A stretch of DNA of 64,000 nucleotides from Bilabrum cf. latius (Eukaryota), in NCBI GenBank assembly GCA_965178125.1, contig OZ237751.1, positions 62,001 through 126,000 on the forward strand, written 5' to 3'. The notes beneath the pieces were generated by a model that was not told the DNA's origin, did not search any database, and was given only the letters and a program-made list of their open reading frames with translations. Below, one piece after another: positions 40,401 through 51,943 of the stretch. Made by a program: the position numbers and the translations under genes. Each line of letters starts with the position of its first letter. The first letter of the stretch is position 1.

Positions 40401-41874
40401 CTGCATCCCTGGCCAGCTTTATGCTGCGCCTGATATCGCCGCTCGCGCCCCCTTCCACACTCTCGATGCTGCCCCGCCTGCCGGCAGGCTGCAGCCCCTC
40501 CCTCGCACCTCGCCTCGAGCCGGGGCCGCCATCGCTCTCCCGGCTGCCGATGGACGCACTCCGCCCACCCCGCGAGTCCCTTGCTCCCTCCTCCTGCCCT
40601 CCACTTGCGGGAGCCCCGCCCACGAAATCGTCAAAGGAGGCCCGTAACAGGGCGGAGGGCGCTGGACCCCGACCCCTTGCCCCCCTGCTCGACCTCCTCC
40701 TGCTCCTCCTCTTAGCGGCCTCCTCCTCCTCTGCCCCCTTCTCTTGCCTCTCCGCTGCGGAGGCAGCTGCGTTCGCCCACTGCTGCTCCTTTCTGCGCTG
40801 CCTCTCCTGCTCCACTTGTTCCCTCTCCTGAGCCTCTCTGCGAGCCCGCGCCTCCTCTTGCCTCTCCTCCTCCTCCTCCTTTCTGCGCCTGGCTCTCCTC
40901 TCGTTCTCCATGCGCCGCAGGTCTTCCTCTTCCTCCTCCAGCTGCCGCTCCCTCTCCCTGGCTCTAGCTCGCACCCTCGCCCGCTCGCGCGCGAGCTCCT
41001 CCTCCTCCTGCTCCAGCTCTCGCTGCCTCCTCCTCGCCGCCTCCTCCTTGTCTTTCTCCGCCTGCATGGACTGCAGCCCGGCCTGGATGCCCGCCTGCAC
41101 CCCAGCTGCCACGCCTTTCGCCATCTCCTCCCTCAGCTGGGCGGCAGTCATGGACAGCGGGTCCACCACCTGCCCCGAGGCCCCCTGCCCCGCCCCCTCC
41201 TCGGGCTGGGCCAGCAGGTCTGCCCCGCCCCTCACACCACTGGGAGCAGCAGGGGGTGCTCGCCGGGGGGAAGCAGAGCGGGACCTAGACCTAGATCTCG
41301 ATCTCGATCTCGATCTCGATCTGGGCCTGGGTCTGGGTCTCGAGCGGGGGCTCCGGTCACCATCCCTTGCCCCGCTCTGTTCGTGGTTGCCTCCGTCCCA
41401 CTCAACCGCGCTACCGCTCTCCTTCTCCTCGTGATTATCCTCCTGAGCATGAGCTGCATAGCCTTGTGGACCCGGCGCTCTGTTGATGGGAGCGTCTTGC
41501 AGCTGCCAGTCGCCTCCAGCAGCGCCCTACTATCCCTCCTGCTGTTCGTAGTCCTCCACATCCTCGCGAGCGAGCCGACCCAAGGGAGACTCGGACCCAG
41601 GGCCGGAGCCGCCCCCCTGTGCCCCAGCCCGGGCACCGTCCCCGCCGGAATCGCTGCGGGGGGAAGTCGCGGCGCTGGCTGCCAGCGTGCGCTGCTCTGC
41701 CCACCTCCGCTGCGCCTCGGTCAGCCTCCGCGGAGGCGTCTTGCCTGTTGAGCCGCCCTTGGAAGCGGAAGAGGTGGCCCCACCGCCCCCGTCACCAGAA
41801 GCGGACGATCCACCCGAGGGCATGGCCATGTCGCGGGGGGACGCGTCGCCTGCCCTGCCTGTCTCTATCCTGGC

Positions 41875-41907
<33 letters not shown>

Positions 41908-43374
41908 TCCTCTAGCTCCAGCTCCATCGCCGGCCAAAGCGGGCGAGGCCAGTGGCAGTGCTGCATCCTCCTCTTCACCCTGTCCCTCTGTAGCCCCATC
42001 CTCGGGGCGCTGCCTTGGTGACCGCACCAGCCCATGGCTCCCCGAGAAACTCAGCCGGGCCCTGATGCGCGGGGAGCCGCTGCGTCGCTTTCCTCCGCTG
42101 TTCTCGTGCGGGCCTAGCACGCCATCGCCCCGGCTCCCACCCGCGCCCCCGCCCCCAATCTCGCCGTCCTCCGATGGCGGCTGCGAGCTGCCCGTCTCCT
42201 CCACCAGCTGGATGTCATCGCTCTCTTCCCTCTCTCCCCCGCCCCAGCCCCCGTCGTCGTTCTTGTCTTCGTCCTCCCCGCCCCCCATGTGCAGCGAGAT
42301 CAGTCCAAAGTCCCGCCACCGCACCTCGAATGCCCCCCCTCCAAAGCCCCGGCCCCTGCCTGCACCACCTCCATCCAGCGGCTCGCTGCCTGCCCTCAGA
42401 TACTGCACCAGCCAGATCCATCCCTGGGACGGGTCCTCCCCCCGCCCCACCCCCACCCCCACCCCCACCCCCACTCCGGGGACATACCCGATCTCCCCCG
42501 CCCTCGACAGCCGGAGTGCCCTCCTGCGCAGAGGGGCAGGCCGCCTCCCAGGGGAAGAGTCCTCCGAGCGGGCCGGATCGTCCTCATCCTCCAGCTCGGC
42601 GGCCTCTGCCAGCAGCGGGGGCGGCTCGCTGGGAGCCTCCGACACCGACAGGATCACGCCATCGAGGCCACAGCCGGTGGCGGGCCCTGGCGCGTCGGGT
42701 GGCGGCAGGGACCGCGCGCGGTGGTGCCTGTACGCGTATCCGTCGTCCCTCCACTCCGGCATCCTCCGCTCGTCGATGATGAACAGGCTGCCGGGAGGGG
42801 GACGCACCGGAGGGGCCACGGGGCCCACCGCGTCGTATATCACCTTGACTGCGCGCGCGGCTCCTCGGCGAAGGAAGGCGTGGCTCATACCGAGAGGGAG
42901 CCAACGCTCGCGAGCAGCAGATACCAGTGCAGCAAACGTATCTGGTAGCCAGGTTGAGCTTTCGGGTGACTGAACCACCCTGGGCGCAACGTTCGGATGT
43001 CTCTCGCTGCTCGGCCCAGAAGGACTGCGCGCTGCTAGCCCGACTGGAGGTTGTGATGGCTGCCTAGGATTCGAAACGGAGGTCATCTGACTGGATCTTA
43101 TCACAGCCGGTCCGGGAGAGCTGCGCTACGGCCTTCCACTCGTATAGTTGGGTTGTTGCATTTGAGTCTACTCCTTGATCGTTTCCGATCGGGAGCTGTG
43201 AGTTTCCACACCACTGCTCACCCGCCGCTGCTATGCCACTCGCTACAGTACCGCATCGGCTCTCCTGCGAGCTTCTTCTGTCGCTGCATCCAGTCTCTGC
43301 TGCCACTCCCCAGGGCTCCAATCCCCGCCTTGCTGGGAGGTTCGGCCAGCACCGTGGTCGTCCCGACCAGCCAT
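34483..43374 (-). CDS. Giant (~2960 aa) protein with CG-1-like (CAMTA-type) domain, coiled coils, IQ-like motif and C2-like domain; 16 in-frame TAG
   Basis: ATG 43374 to TGA 34483 in one frame. CG-1-like: AARERWL, PPPGSLFIIDERRMPEWRDDGY, IWLVQYL. IQ-like LLSAWRSHQQRQLF (~38820-38860). C2-like LRVHLRDEDRYAKEPLLGGVRLPV (~37060-37130). KVDWSHVKPKT motif. Confidence 0.75.
41284..41343 (-). repeat. Coding hexamer repeat encoding an RP/RS dipeptide run
   Basis: (GATCTC)n, (GACCTA)n and (TGGGTC)n on +; reads SRPRPRPRSRSRSRSRSRSR in the coding frame. Confidence 0.8.
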
Positions 43375-43854
43375 GAAAGCGGGCAGCAGGCTGCAAACTG
43401 AAAATGCTTGGTGAATAAGCCAAAGTCAGACTGCACGATTGAGGCTGTGCCCCGCGTAGGCTGTCAATGCGAATTTTGCGACAACGGGCCGGACGTCCTT
43501 TGTAAGGTGCACTGCTGCAGGCAGCAAAAAAATATTCGAATCCGGGAAATTTGAGGGACTCGTCCACTAGATATCTATGTGGTAATGTTCGCTTCACACC
43601 TAATAATATGCCACGCTGCAGCAAGTTTACCCTGTATCATCTACCCTGAGGCGGTGCATATCGACGGTTTGCGGTACGCGACGCAGTGCACCTGAATTCG
43701 CCACCGCTACTTTCAACATTTAATTGTTTGGTTGGATATTGCCACTTCCGAGCGTTAACTGATGGAGCGGTCTTTCTCCTGCCCCCGAAAACCAAAGACG
43801 GCCCGGGTAGGGCCGGGCCGACCGTCATTGGCGTTATTGCCAGCTTGACTGCTC

Positions 43855-46770
43855 TCAACCTAGCTTGTACCACCAAGCCATCGCCTCGGGCGACGCCCAC
43901 GCCTTGTGCCAGATGTATCCCTTGAACGGCGTCATCTATTCGAGGTCGAGAGTGTTCCCGCCCGTGCCTGTCGTGTCCAGCACCAGCTCGGCATTCCCCG
44001 TGGATGCACTCACCCGCCACAGGTCATTGGATACAGCAGGCTTCTTGGGAAAGTACAGCTCGCCATCCATGACAGGAAACTGCGGCCGCTCGTATCTAAA
44101 GTGCACGCTCCCAGCCCCGGACACGGCCGTCACCGTCGTGGCCCCGTCATACGTGTACAGGTTCCAGTCGGACCCATCGGAACCCATGAAGTACACCTTG
44201 CCGTCGTGCACGGTGGGCTTCGACATGGTTCGCAGGGCATCAGCTGCACCACCGGAAGGTGGTAAGAGCCGCGTCGGTGTCCCGCTCCCAGTGTACGTGT
44301 GGATCTTGTAGTCTGTGTTGCTCCAGTCCACCATGTACAGCTTGCTGTTGAACTCGAACAAGGCCCGGAAATTGATCAGGTTGTTCTTGGTCCTTCCAGA
44401 GTCGTATATCACGTCAACATCATGCGTGCCGGCCTTGACCCTAACCACGGACTGCGTCTCCCCCGACAGCGCCACGTAGCAGTCCCCCTGGAACATGGCC
44501 ATGAAGCCCTGTCGGCTGCTCCAGGAAGCTGGGCTCATGTAGGAGCTCATGTCGGACACACGCGACACGGTCATGTTCGAGTACAGAAAGTACGCTACGA
44601 AGTACTCGCGGTCAACGGCACCCGGGACCATCCATCCCTCGGACTTGCCGAAGAAGAGCACGCGCCCGCCTGCCTCGTCCAGCAGCAGGTCTTTGCCGGA
44701 TGCCAACATGTCCTCACCGACCCCCCTGGTGCCTGGCACGACGTACACCGTGTCACTGGTGATGTTGTACACCACAATTCGCATCAACGACTGCCCAGCC
44801 TCCTGCACTTTCGACCAGTAGACCAGCCTGTCCTGACCCCAGGGGGTAAATGACTCAGGGGTCCTGCCCCCAGTAGATACACTCACCCGCAGCTGGATGC
44901 CATTCGATTCGTCCCAGGAGTACAGACCCTCCTCTGAGTTCTAATTGGCATCGATCGCCCGGAAGAACATCTCGTCTCCCATGGGCGTGAACTCCTTCGG
45001 GACGAATCGGCCTGGGTTGGACGTGTGCTCGAGGTAGCCCCATGACTGGGGGGTCGCCGAGGGTGAGGGGGTGCCGGATGGTGTGATGGACTGCGACGGT
45101 TCAGAGGGCAGCACGAAGGAACACATAGAGGGTGGATCTGCGGAACTGCAACTCGATATGTGGTCAATCGCTACGCTAGCTCCAAACGACACGGCAATGA
45201 TCTTGGTCTAGTTCTCCTGAACTCTTACCGGAGTAGGGCTGTTGCTGGGGCTGGCTGTGACGCTGGGTGTGGGGCTGTTGCTGGGGCTAGCCGTGACGCT
45301 GGGCGTGACGCTGGGCGTGACGCTGGGCGTGGGGCTGTTGCTGGGGCTGGCCGTGACGCTGGGTGTGGGGCTGTTGCTGGGGCTGGCTGTGACGCTGGGT
45401 GTGGGGCTGTTGCTGGGGCTGGCCGTGACGCTGGGCGTGGGGCTGTTGCTGGGGCTGGCCGTGACGCTGGGCGTGGGGCTGTTGCTGGGGCTGGCCGTGA
45501 CGCTGGCCGTGACGCTGGGCGTGGGGCTGTTGCTGGGGCTGGCCGTGACGCTGGGCGTGGGGCTGTTGCTGGGGCTGGCCGTGACGCTGGGCGTGGGGCT
45601 GTTGCTGGGGCTGGCCGTGACGCTGGCCGTGACGCTGGGCGTGGGGTTGTTGCTGGGGCTGGCCGTGACGCTGGGGGTGGGGCTGTTGCTGGGGGTCTGC
45701 GAGGAATAGGGAGGAGAACGAGCGCTTGCAGGCTAGGCTGGGCGATACTGGGGGTACCTACCGACCAGCGAGGGAGAGAGTCAGATCCAATCCATGCATG
45801 CAGGCCTTACAGGAGATGTGGAAGGAGTCGTCGAAGGCGTGGGCGTACCCGATGCAGACGGCAGCGGAGTCCCGGCAGCAGCCGCGCTGGCCTGCTGCCT
45901 CCTCAGCGGGGACAGGTCCAGCAGCACGGGACCCACCCCGGGGGTGGCCGTGCCCTGCCCGCCGTCTCCCGCGGCATCATCAGCCTCCTCGTCCTCATCG
46001 GCGGCTCGCAGTGCTTCCATCACCGCCGGTGGAGGAGGCACCGCAGTGGCATTGCTAGCCGAGACGCCCAGCCCCGGGGCCTGCTCGATGGGCCCCAGCA
46101 CCAGCACCCGGCCGGCTGCCTGGGACCCGAGCGTGTCCACCACGGCCACCGCATCGCTCTCGCTCGAGACCATCACGGCCATCGTGGCCACCATGGGCGT
46201 GTACACGAGGGGACCCGCGGGACCTACCCCCGACCCGCCATCTCCCTCTCCGCCCAGCAAGCTCACGAAGATGTCCCGGCCCGGCGTGCCATCGCCTTGC
46301 GCGGGCAGGCGGGCGCGGGCTCCCTCGGTAATCGCCTGGCTCACATTGCACCGCGTGGATGCGTCGATGCCCGTGGCATTGAACCCGAACGACGCCACCG
46401 TGAAGCCCTGGTACTGGTCGTCCAAGGCGGCGTCAACGAGAGAGCGTTGGCCGTCACTGGCGCACTGGCTGAAGGCATCTGAGACGTTGCGGACCCCGTC
46501 GAGGCCAGCTCCTCCAGTTGCACCTTGCAGTGGTGCAGTGGAGGTGTCGTCTATGGGTGCATCTTCATCTGCTCCCTGGCCCAGCACGAAGAAGAGGGCG
46601 ATTCCGAGCGCGAGCGCGAGCGCGAGCGCGAGCACACCGACTCCAAGCACAAGGCACCACCAAGTGCCCCAATATCCGGCAGCTTTCCGCTTCGGCTGTG
46701 CTCCTTCTACCTTCGCCGTGTTGGCGCTGTTGCTGCGCGTAAGGTCAGATGTTTGGCTGGCGGGGACCAA
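43855..46770 (-). CDS. Membrane-anchored protein with Ser/Thr/Pro stalk and ELWxxDGT-like beta-propeller repeats; 5' end unresolved; 3 in-frame TAG
   Basis: TM helix WWCLVLGVGVLALALALALGIALFFVLG; intron 45697-45810; SPSNSPTPSVTA repeats; propeller-like repeats PKEFTPMGDEMFFRA, PESFTPWG.DRLVY, DGKVYFMGSDG, DGELYF, DLWRVS; TAG 45208, 44941 and 43936; TGA 43855-43857. No in-frame ATG at the 5' end, so an upstream exon is likely (possible acceptor CTGAC...CGCAG near 46733). Confidence 0.7.
45236..45696 (-). repeat. Coding tandem repeat, ~36-bp unit (SPSNSPTPSVTA) with 12-bp subunit duplications
   Basis: + strand unit gggctgttgctggggctggccgtgacgctgggcgtg repeated about 11-12 times. Confidence 0.9.
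45697..45810 (-). other. Spliceosomal intron (114 bp, phase 0)
   Basis: GTAAGG...TTCCTCGCAG; removes an in-frame TGA (45781) and joins TPSTSP|TPSNSP. Confidence 0.8.
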
Positions 46771-47074
46771 TCATGCACTCGTAAAATCTCGAAAATGCCC
46801 AAGTGAAAGTGCAGTAAAGTGTATGTTTTTGAAAGCATTGGAGCCAAACTAGAAGCCATGCGAAGGATTCACGCTCGACTGCGTGTGTCACCGTGCCACT
46901 CTCACATCGGCTTGTCTCGGTCAAACAGCTGGTTTTGGGGAGATACGAATGATGCTGATTGGGCTTCTGCCATATTGTCACGTACCCAGTGAGACTATAC
47001 GTGGGCAAACACAAACAAAGGTTCAGCGTGTGGCCTACACTCGAGTCCACCCACAACGACCCGAAATTTTTTTA

Positions 47075-47119
47075 CGCCGGCGGCGCCGCGACAGTGGCAC
47101 TGCGCCGGCGCCGCCGGCG
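47075..47119. repeat. GC-rich inverted repeat / hairpin between divergent genes
   Basis: cgccggcggcgccg (47075-47088) is the reverse complement of 47106-47119; inner cagtg-g-cactg; preceded by a T run. Confidence 0.8.
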
Positions 47120-47228
47120 CGCAACTTGAAGTTGTTCCGCACATGCTCTCATCTGTAACCTGTCATCGTATCGCAGTCCATGAACAATTCGATGCGAGCG
47201 AAGACCACTCGGGTATCTTGACTCCAGT

Positions 47229-49865
47229 ATGCTATTGTCACGATCTGATTCTACTAGTCCTGAAGGCGTACTGCCATCCGCCGGCGATGGGCCGAGAAGC
47301 CCGAGTGCTGCAACAAGGCTTCCCGATTTCAAAGCAAAGCAGCCAATCGGAGAACCAAGCAGTCACAGTGCTTCGGTTAGCTCCTTTCTTGTACCAGCAG
47401 GTACTAGTGCACGTCGCGCGTCGCAGCTGGCCGCTGAGGAGCAGGCTGCGCAAGACGTCCCGGTCGCTCCGAACGGTGGCAACGGAGCAAGGCATCCAAA
47501 AAAGACAGCCAAACAACTCATTCGTGGAATCATGTCAAGCACAGATGCATCAGCAAGCTCGAATTTTCAGCTTATCAAGCACAGTCTGGTAGCTGCACGG
47601 GCCTTGGGTGGAAACGCGTGGAATCCAGTTTCGGCTGTAACTGGCAGTGGGCACAAGCAGCAGGCCAACGGTCTCAACAAGTTGAGGACAGCAATGGGTG
47701 AAGCAAAGCAAAGCGGGGTCTCGAGGCAGGTGCTTCCCTCCCGCATGTTCCGGACCCTCCTGCAAGCGGTTACATTCGACACCATGTGGCGCCAGGGCCA
47801 AGCAGAGCAGGACAAGGGACGGGACAAATGGGACAGCGATAAAGAAGCCACGGCAGAGATGCAAGACGATTAGTGGCAGTCCCTGCAACGGTCTATTGCG
47901 AAGGCGATTCGCAGCCGCGTTGACAAGATTGCTCGCATGGAGGCAGACTTGCGTGCTGGGTTGGCGCCTGTAGAGGCCGTGAGAGCCGAAATGCAACGAA
48001 AACATGAGGAAAAGATGGAACGCATTTAGCGGCGCCAGAAGTCTCGCATGGCCATTGTCGATCACTTGCATCGGGGCGTCTTTGAGCCCCAAAGCTCGAT
48101 TGCTGCTCATGCCGCCACTGCGACCGCGAGCCATATGAAGCATGCTTTGGATAGCGGTCAGTAGCAAGAAATGCGCGCGCTCAATGGGCTGGCCCGCGCG
48201 GAGAACATCAGCCTAGACAGTATCCATGGTTCGTACCAGGCCTAGTGGGATGCCCAGGACACGAGGGCAGCAGCAGCAACATTGGCTTGCCTGCATGGCG
48301 CAAACACCACGGGAAGCAGGGCATCCGCGCCATGCAGTCCCGCTGGTGGCACCAATGCCGCGGTTGATACAACCAAAACGGAAAGCACCGACTGTGCGCA
48401 AAAAGAATCCAAGCGCGGGGAATCACCCCTGCCAGCCGACGCCAGCGCTGGACGGCACCAGCAGCAGCATCAGCCAAGGCCCGCACGGCATGCACGCCGT
48501 CGCCGCTCTAGCATCGTTGGCGCGGTCCTTGCATTGCCAAGAGGAAGGACATCGCCACCCTTGCTCGCTTCGGGAGGGTCGGGTACCGACTCTGGTGTGG
48601 CAGCTGCGGTTGCAGCTGGTTCGGCAACGTCGGGTGCTGCAACAGCTAGCGATTCTGGCGAGCACTTGCTTGCCCTCTCGCAGGCCTCAGCAGATGCAAG
48701 ACCATCGTAGCAATGGTAGGGTGGTGCCGAAAGCTCAATACGAGCCGGTGACGCGTGCGACAGCGACTCCGCGCATCTGCAGTCGAGCACACGGCACTCA
48801 AGTAAACCAGGGCGCGCCCCCGACACGGTGTCCGGCTTTAGATCTACTTCCCCGCAAAGGGATGCTGCTGCATTACTGGCACGCGTTGTAGCCAAAGAGG
48901 CTCGCGTAAGCTTGAAAGGCGTCCGGGCCCAAGTACCCATCGGGACTTTTATCCGGATGTCTCGTGCCAAGGAGAAGCTGGAAGCTCCGCCTTGCGTAGT
49001 GGCTGAGCCACCGAGAAGATTGCAAGGCAGCAGTCAGGCCGTATCTCATCAACCGTTTGACTAGCAAGCCCGCCAAACGGAAGCGTTGAAACCCCTGCGC
49101 CCTGCAGACAGCTCCAAGGGGGGGGGTGGAGCCATGCCTTTGGTCAAGACATCAGCGGCACAGAGAAGACCAGCTCGCACGCGTGCATCCATTCCCTCTG
49201 CCGGGACATCTGGCTCGGGAACAAGTTCTGTGCCCACGATCGGGCAGCATCACACCTCAGTATCACGTCCGGCGCAGTGCAACCAGTCTCGGCCTGAGCA
49301 TCGCTCCCCAAAGCCACTGCGAATGCGCCGATACGGGCCAGCTGGATCCAGCCCTGGCATCGAGTACCCCTTCCCACGAAGACCGCCTGCACTAGATCAC
49401 CAAACAAGGCATGAGGGTAGGATACGTGACTATACCGCAGCTTGCGGCCAGCCAACCTTCCACAGCTCTGGCCATGCGGGGATGGTGCACTCGCCCATCG
49501 CGACCCTGGTCGAGCAGGCCAGATCGGCAACCATTGGGGCTAATCAAAACCGTGGCGGAACGGACAGCTTGTACAGGTACGCCAGTGGCGCTCGATGGAC
49601 GCCCGAGCAGCAGCAGCAGCGCGGCGGTGTCCGTTCACGAGCTGTCAGAGATGTCCGTCCGAAGCAAGCGATGTCTACGGCACCATCGCCTCTGCGCTTG
49701 CGACGAGGGCATGGATAGCACGGCGCGAGCCTCTCTCGCTTAAATTAGGCTCGCGGGTCAACAAAGAAGGTAGCACACTACCCCTACGCCGCGGCGCTGG
49801 GTGCAGCTAAGCCCAAGCCTCGACGTTTGGTGCCTCTCAAGCTCAGGTGCAAGAAAGGGCCATGA
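47229..49865 (+). CDS. Hypothetical protein with coiled-coil and low-complexity regions (878 aa, 9 in-frame TAG)
   Basis: Same-frame ORFs 47229-47873, 48282-48710, 48828-49064 and 49086-49718 are linked only via TAG; ends TGA 49863-49865. Confidence 0.75.
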
Positions 49866-50068
49866 GCCCCGAGGACCAGGGCGCGGTGATCAGGTCATTC
49901 CGCGGACTGCTGCTATTTCTGCAGGGTCTCTATTTTAACTGCCACACTGTTATGAACCGTTTATGATGTTGCTGATTTTTTCTGTACTTGTACCTAAAGC
50001 ATCGCTCCATGTGCTCAGTGTTCGGCAGGCAAAGACAAGTCAAGCCATCGCCAGCACTGATGCCCGCC

Positions 50069-51831
50069 TCATTGCTGAGGCACCTGCTTGCTCCTCTCGC
50101 CACCCATTCCCCCGACAATCGGCATGGTGTAAGGCGCCGCCCCCTGCGCCATCTCGGGAGTCACAGCCATGCCGGGCACCGCAAGGTGCTGGGGCGGTGC
50201 CTGCGCCTGCTGGAATCCATGTCCCTCACCTTTCCCCTGTCCATCCGCTGCCATGAGACGCTGGCTCATGCCATTTCCCTGGCCCTGACCCAGCTCCCCA
50301 GCCACAACTTCTTCTTCGTGCAGCAGCTGCTCCCCGAGCGCGACCAGGTACAGACCCAGCACCGCCAGTACAGTGCCCACGGCAGGCGGCAGCACCTGGC
50401 CGAAGCCGGCCGACCCTCCCCCGATGGTGGAGGCAATGTACGGCACGAACGCGCTCGAGTTGTACACGGGCACAATCGCCCAGCACATGAGGGCCAGGAA
50501 GGATAGGGCCAGTCCGCTGACTCTCGACACGTGTCGAGCCGGGTAGTCCCTTGCGACTGGTACGCTGGAGTGGAATCCGGTGGCAGCAATGGCAACAGGG
50601 ACAGCAAGCAGCGCCAGCATGATCAGCGCTCGAGCCAGGTAGATCCTGGAGCCCGGCCACCCTGCCTTTCTCATGTTGGTGCGGTCGTCCGAGATGATGG
50701 CAGCCAGGTTGCCGCACTCCACCGTGGAGCCCTGGGACCTCACCCAGCAGGCAGACCACAGCCCCGCGTGCTGCCGGTCCATCACCTTGGGGTAGTCGTC
50801 GTCACCCAGAAACGTCGGGGACACGAGCCACTCGTTGGACGCAATCGCACACAGCAGCATGACCCACGCGGCACTGCCCAGAGCGAGAGCCGCCCTTTGC
50901 CCGAACAGCCACTGGTCGCCCGTGGTGAGCTCGCCCGTGCTCGTGTCGTTGGCGCCCAGGGCAAGCACGCCGGCGAGCACCAGCAGGCCCGTGGCACAAC
51001 CCCGCGCGAGCCACAGCCCCACCCCGGAAACCACCGCAGGCGCGATGTTTCCCAGCTTCGAGCTGAACGCACCAGCGGCTGTCACGCCATGCAGCACCCG
51101 ACGCACTGGCAGTTCCTGGCCCTCGTAGCTCTGCTCTGAAGGGGCAAGGAACGTGCCCGACCGGATCCAGCTTGAATCAAAATAAAGCTGGATTCCTAGC
51201 CACAAGAGAGCCCCGGCACATCCCGCGATGCAAGCGAGCTGGGCCGTTGTTCTCGCCGAGCCAGACCCGATCCGAGACACCGAGAAATTGGATAAGTAGG
51301 CAGCGTAGGCCACCCCGGCCACCGAAGAAAAGAAACTAAGCAGACAAAATGCCTGGGCAGCAGACCATCGGCCGTCAGGCACCCTCCATGACGTGCCGAT
51401 GCCTCCACCCTGGTTGTACTTGCTGTCTCCAATCTTTTTCGCTACTTGACTAGCTAGAACACACTTTTTGGACGAGTATTGGCCATTGTCACCCGATTGC
51501 GAGTAGCAAACCTAATATAGCCCTAAATTGACCCTAAGGGGATGGCGATACCCTTCTCCATCGCCTCTTGGAAACACCTCACCTACCCATTCGTTGGAGG
51601 CAATGCCGACAATGGATCCCAGGGCAAGAACTGAGAAGCCAATAAGCGCTGCAACGGTTTATACAAAGGGGATGCGACAAGAAACATGATAGAAGGTGAA
51701 AAAATAGGCTTGCAGTGCATGGTGATTTCAGCCACCGGAGGATCGTGGTAGAGAAAGCGCCCAGAGCAAGGATCCCACCGCCAGTTACACAGTCCAAACT
51801 CACCAAGTCGAGTATATTGCCCAGATCTCAT
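50069..51831 (-). CDS. Multi-pass membrane protein with two tandem claudin/PMP22-like domains (exons 51804-51831 and 50069-51648; 1 in-frame TAG)
   Basis: Repeat 1: IASNEW...NLGLY*VC...KKC. Repeat 2: IASNEW...HAGLWSACW...VEC. Both match the W-GLW-C-C signature; about 8 TM helices; TGA 50069. Confidence 0.75.
51649..51803 (-). other. Spliceosomal intron (155 bp, phase 1)
   Basis: GTGAGT...GTTGCAG; gives MRSGQYTRL-A-LIGFSVLAL and removes an in-frame TAA at 51659. Confidence 0.8.
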
Positions 51832-51943
51832 GGATGACGAGGGAATTTAAAGTTCTACGGCGGCGTACGGCTGGCATTCCGGAACAACATGAGCGCGGCG
51901 CCGGGGGGTTGGTCCGGCCGGATGGCCAGACACGAGACAACCC

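Noticed and set aside
43530-43550. TTCGAATCC resembling a tRNA T-loop (candidate suppressor tRNA)
   Set aside because: No T-stem pairing or cloverleaf around it; no tRNA gene could be identified in the window.
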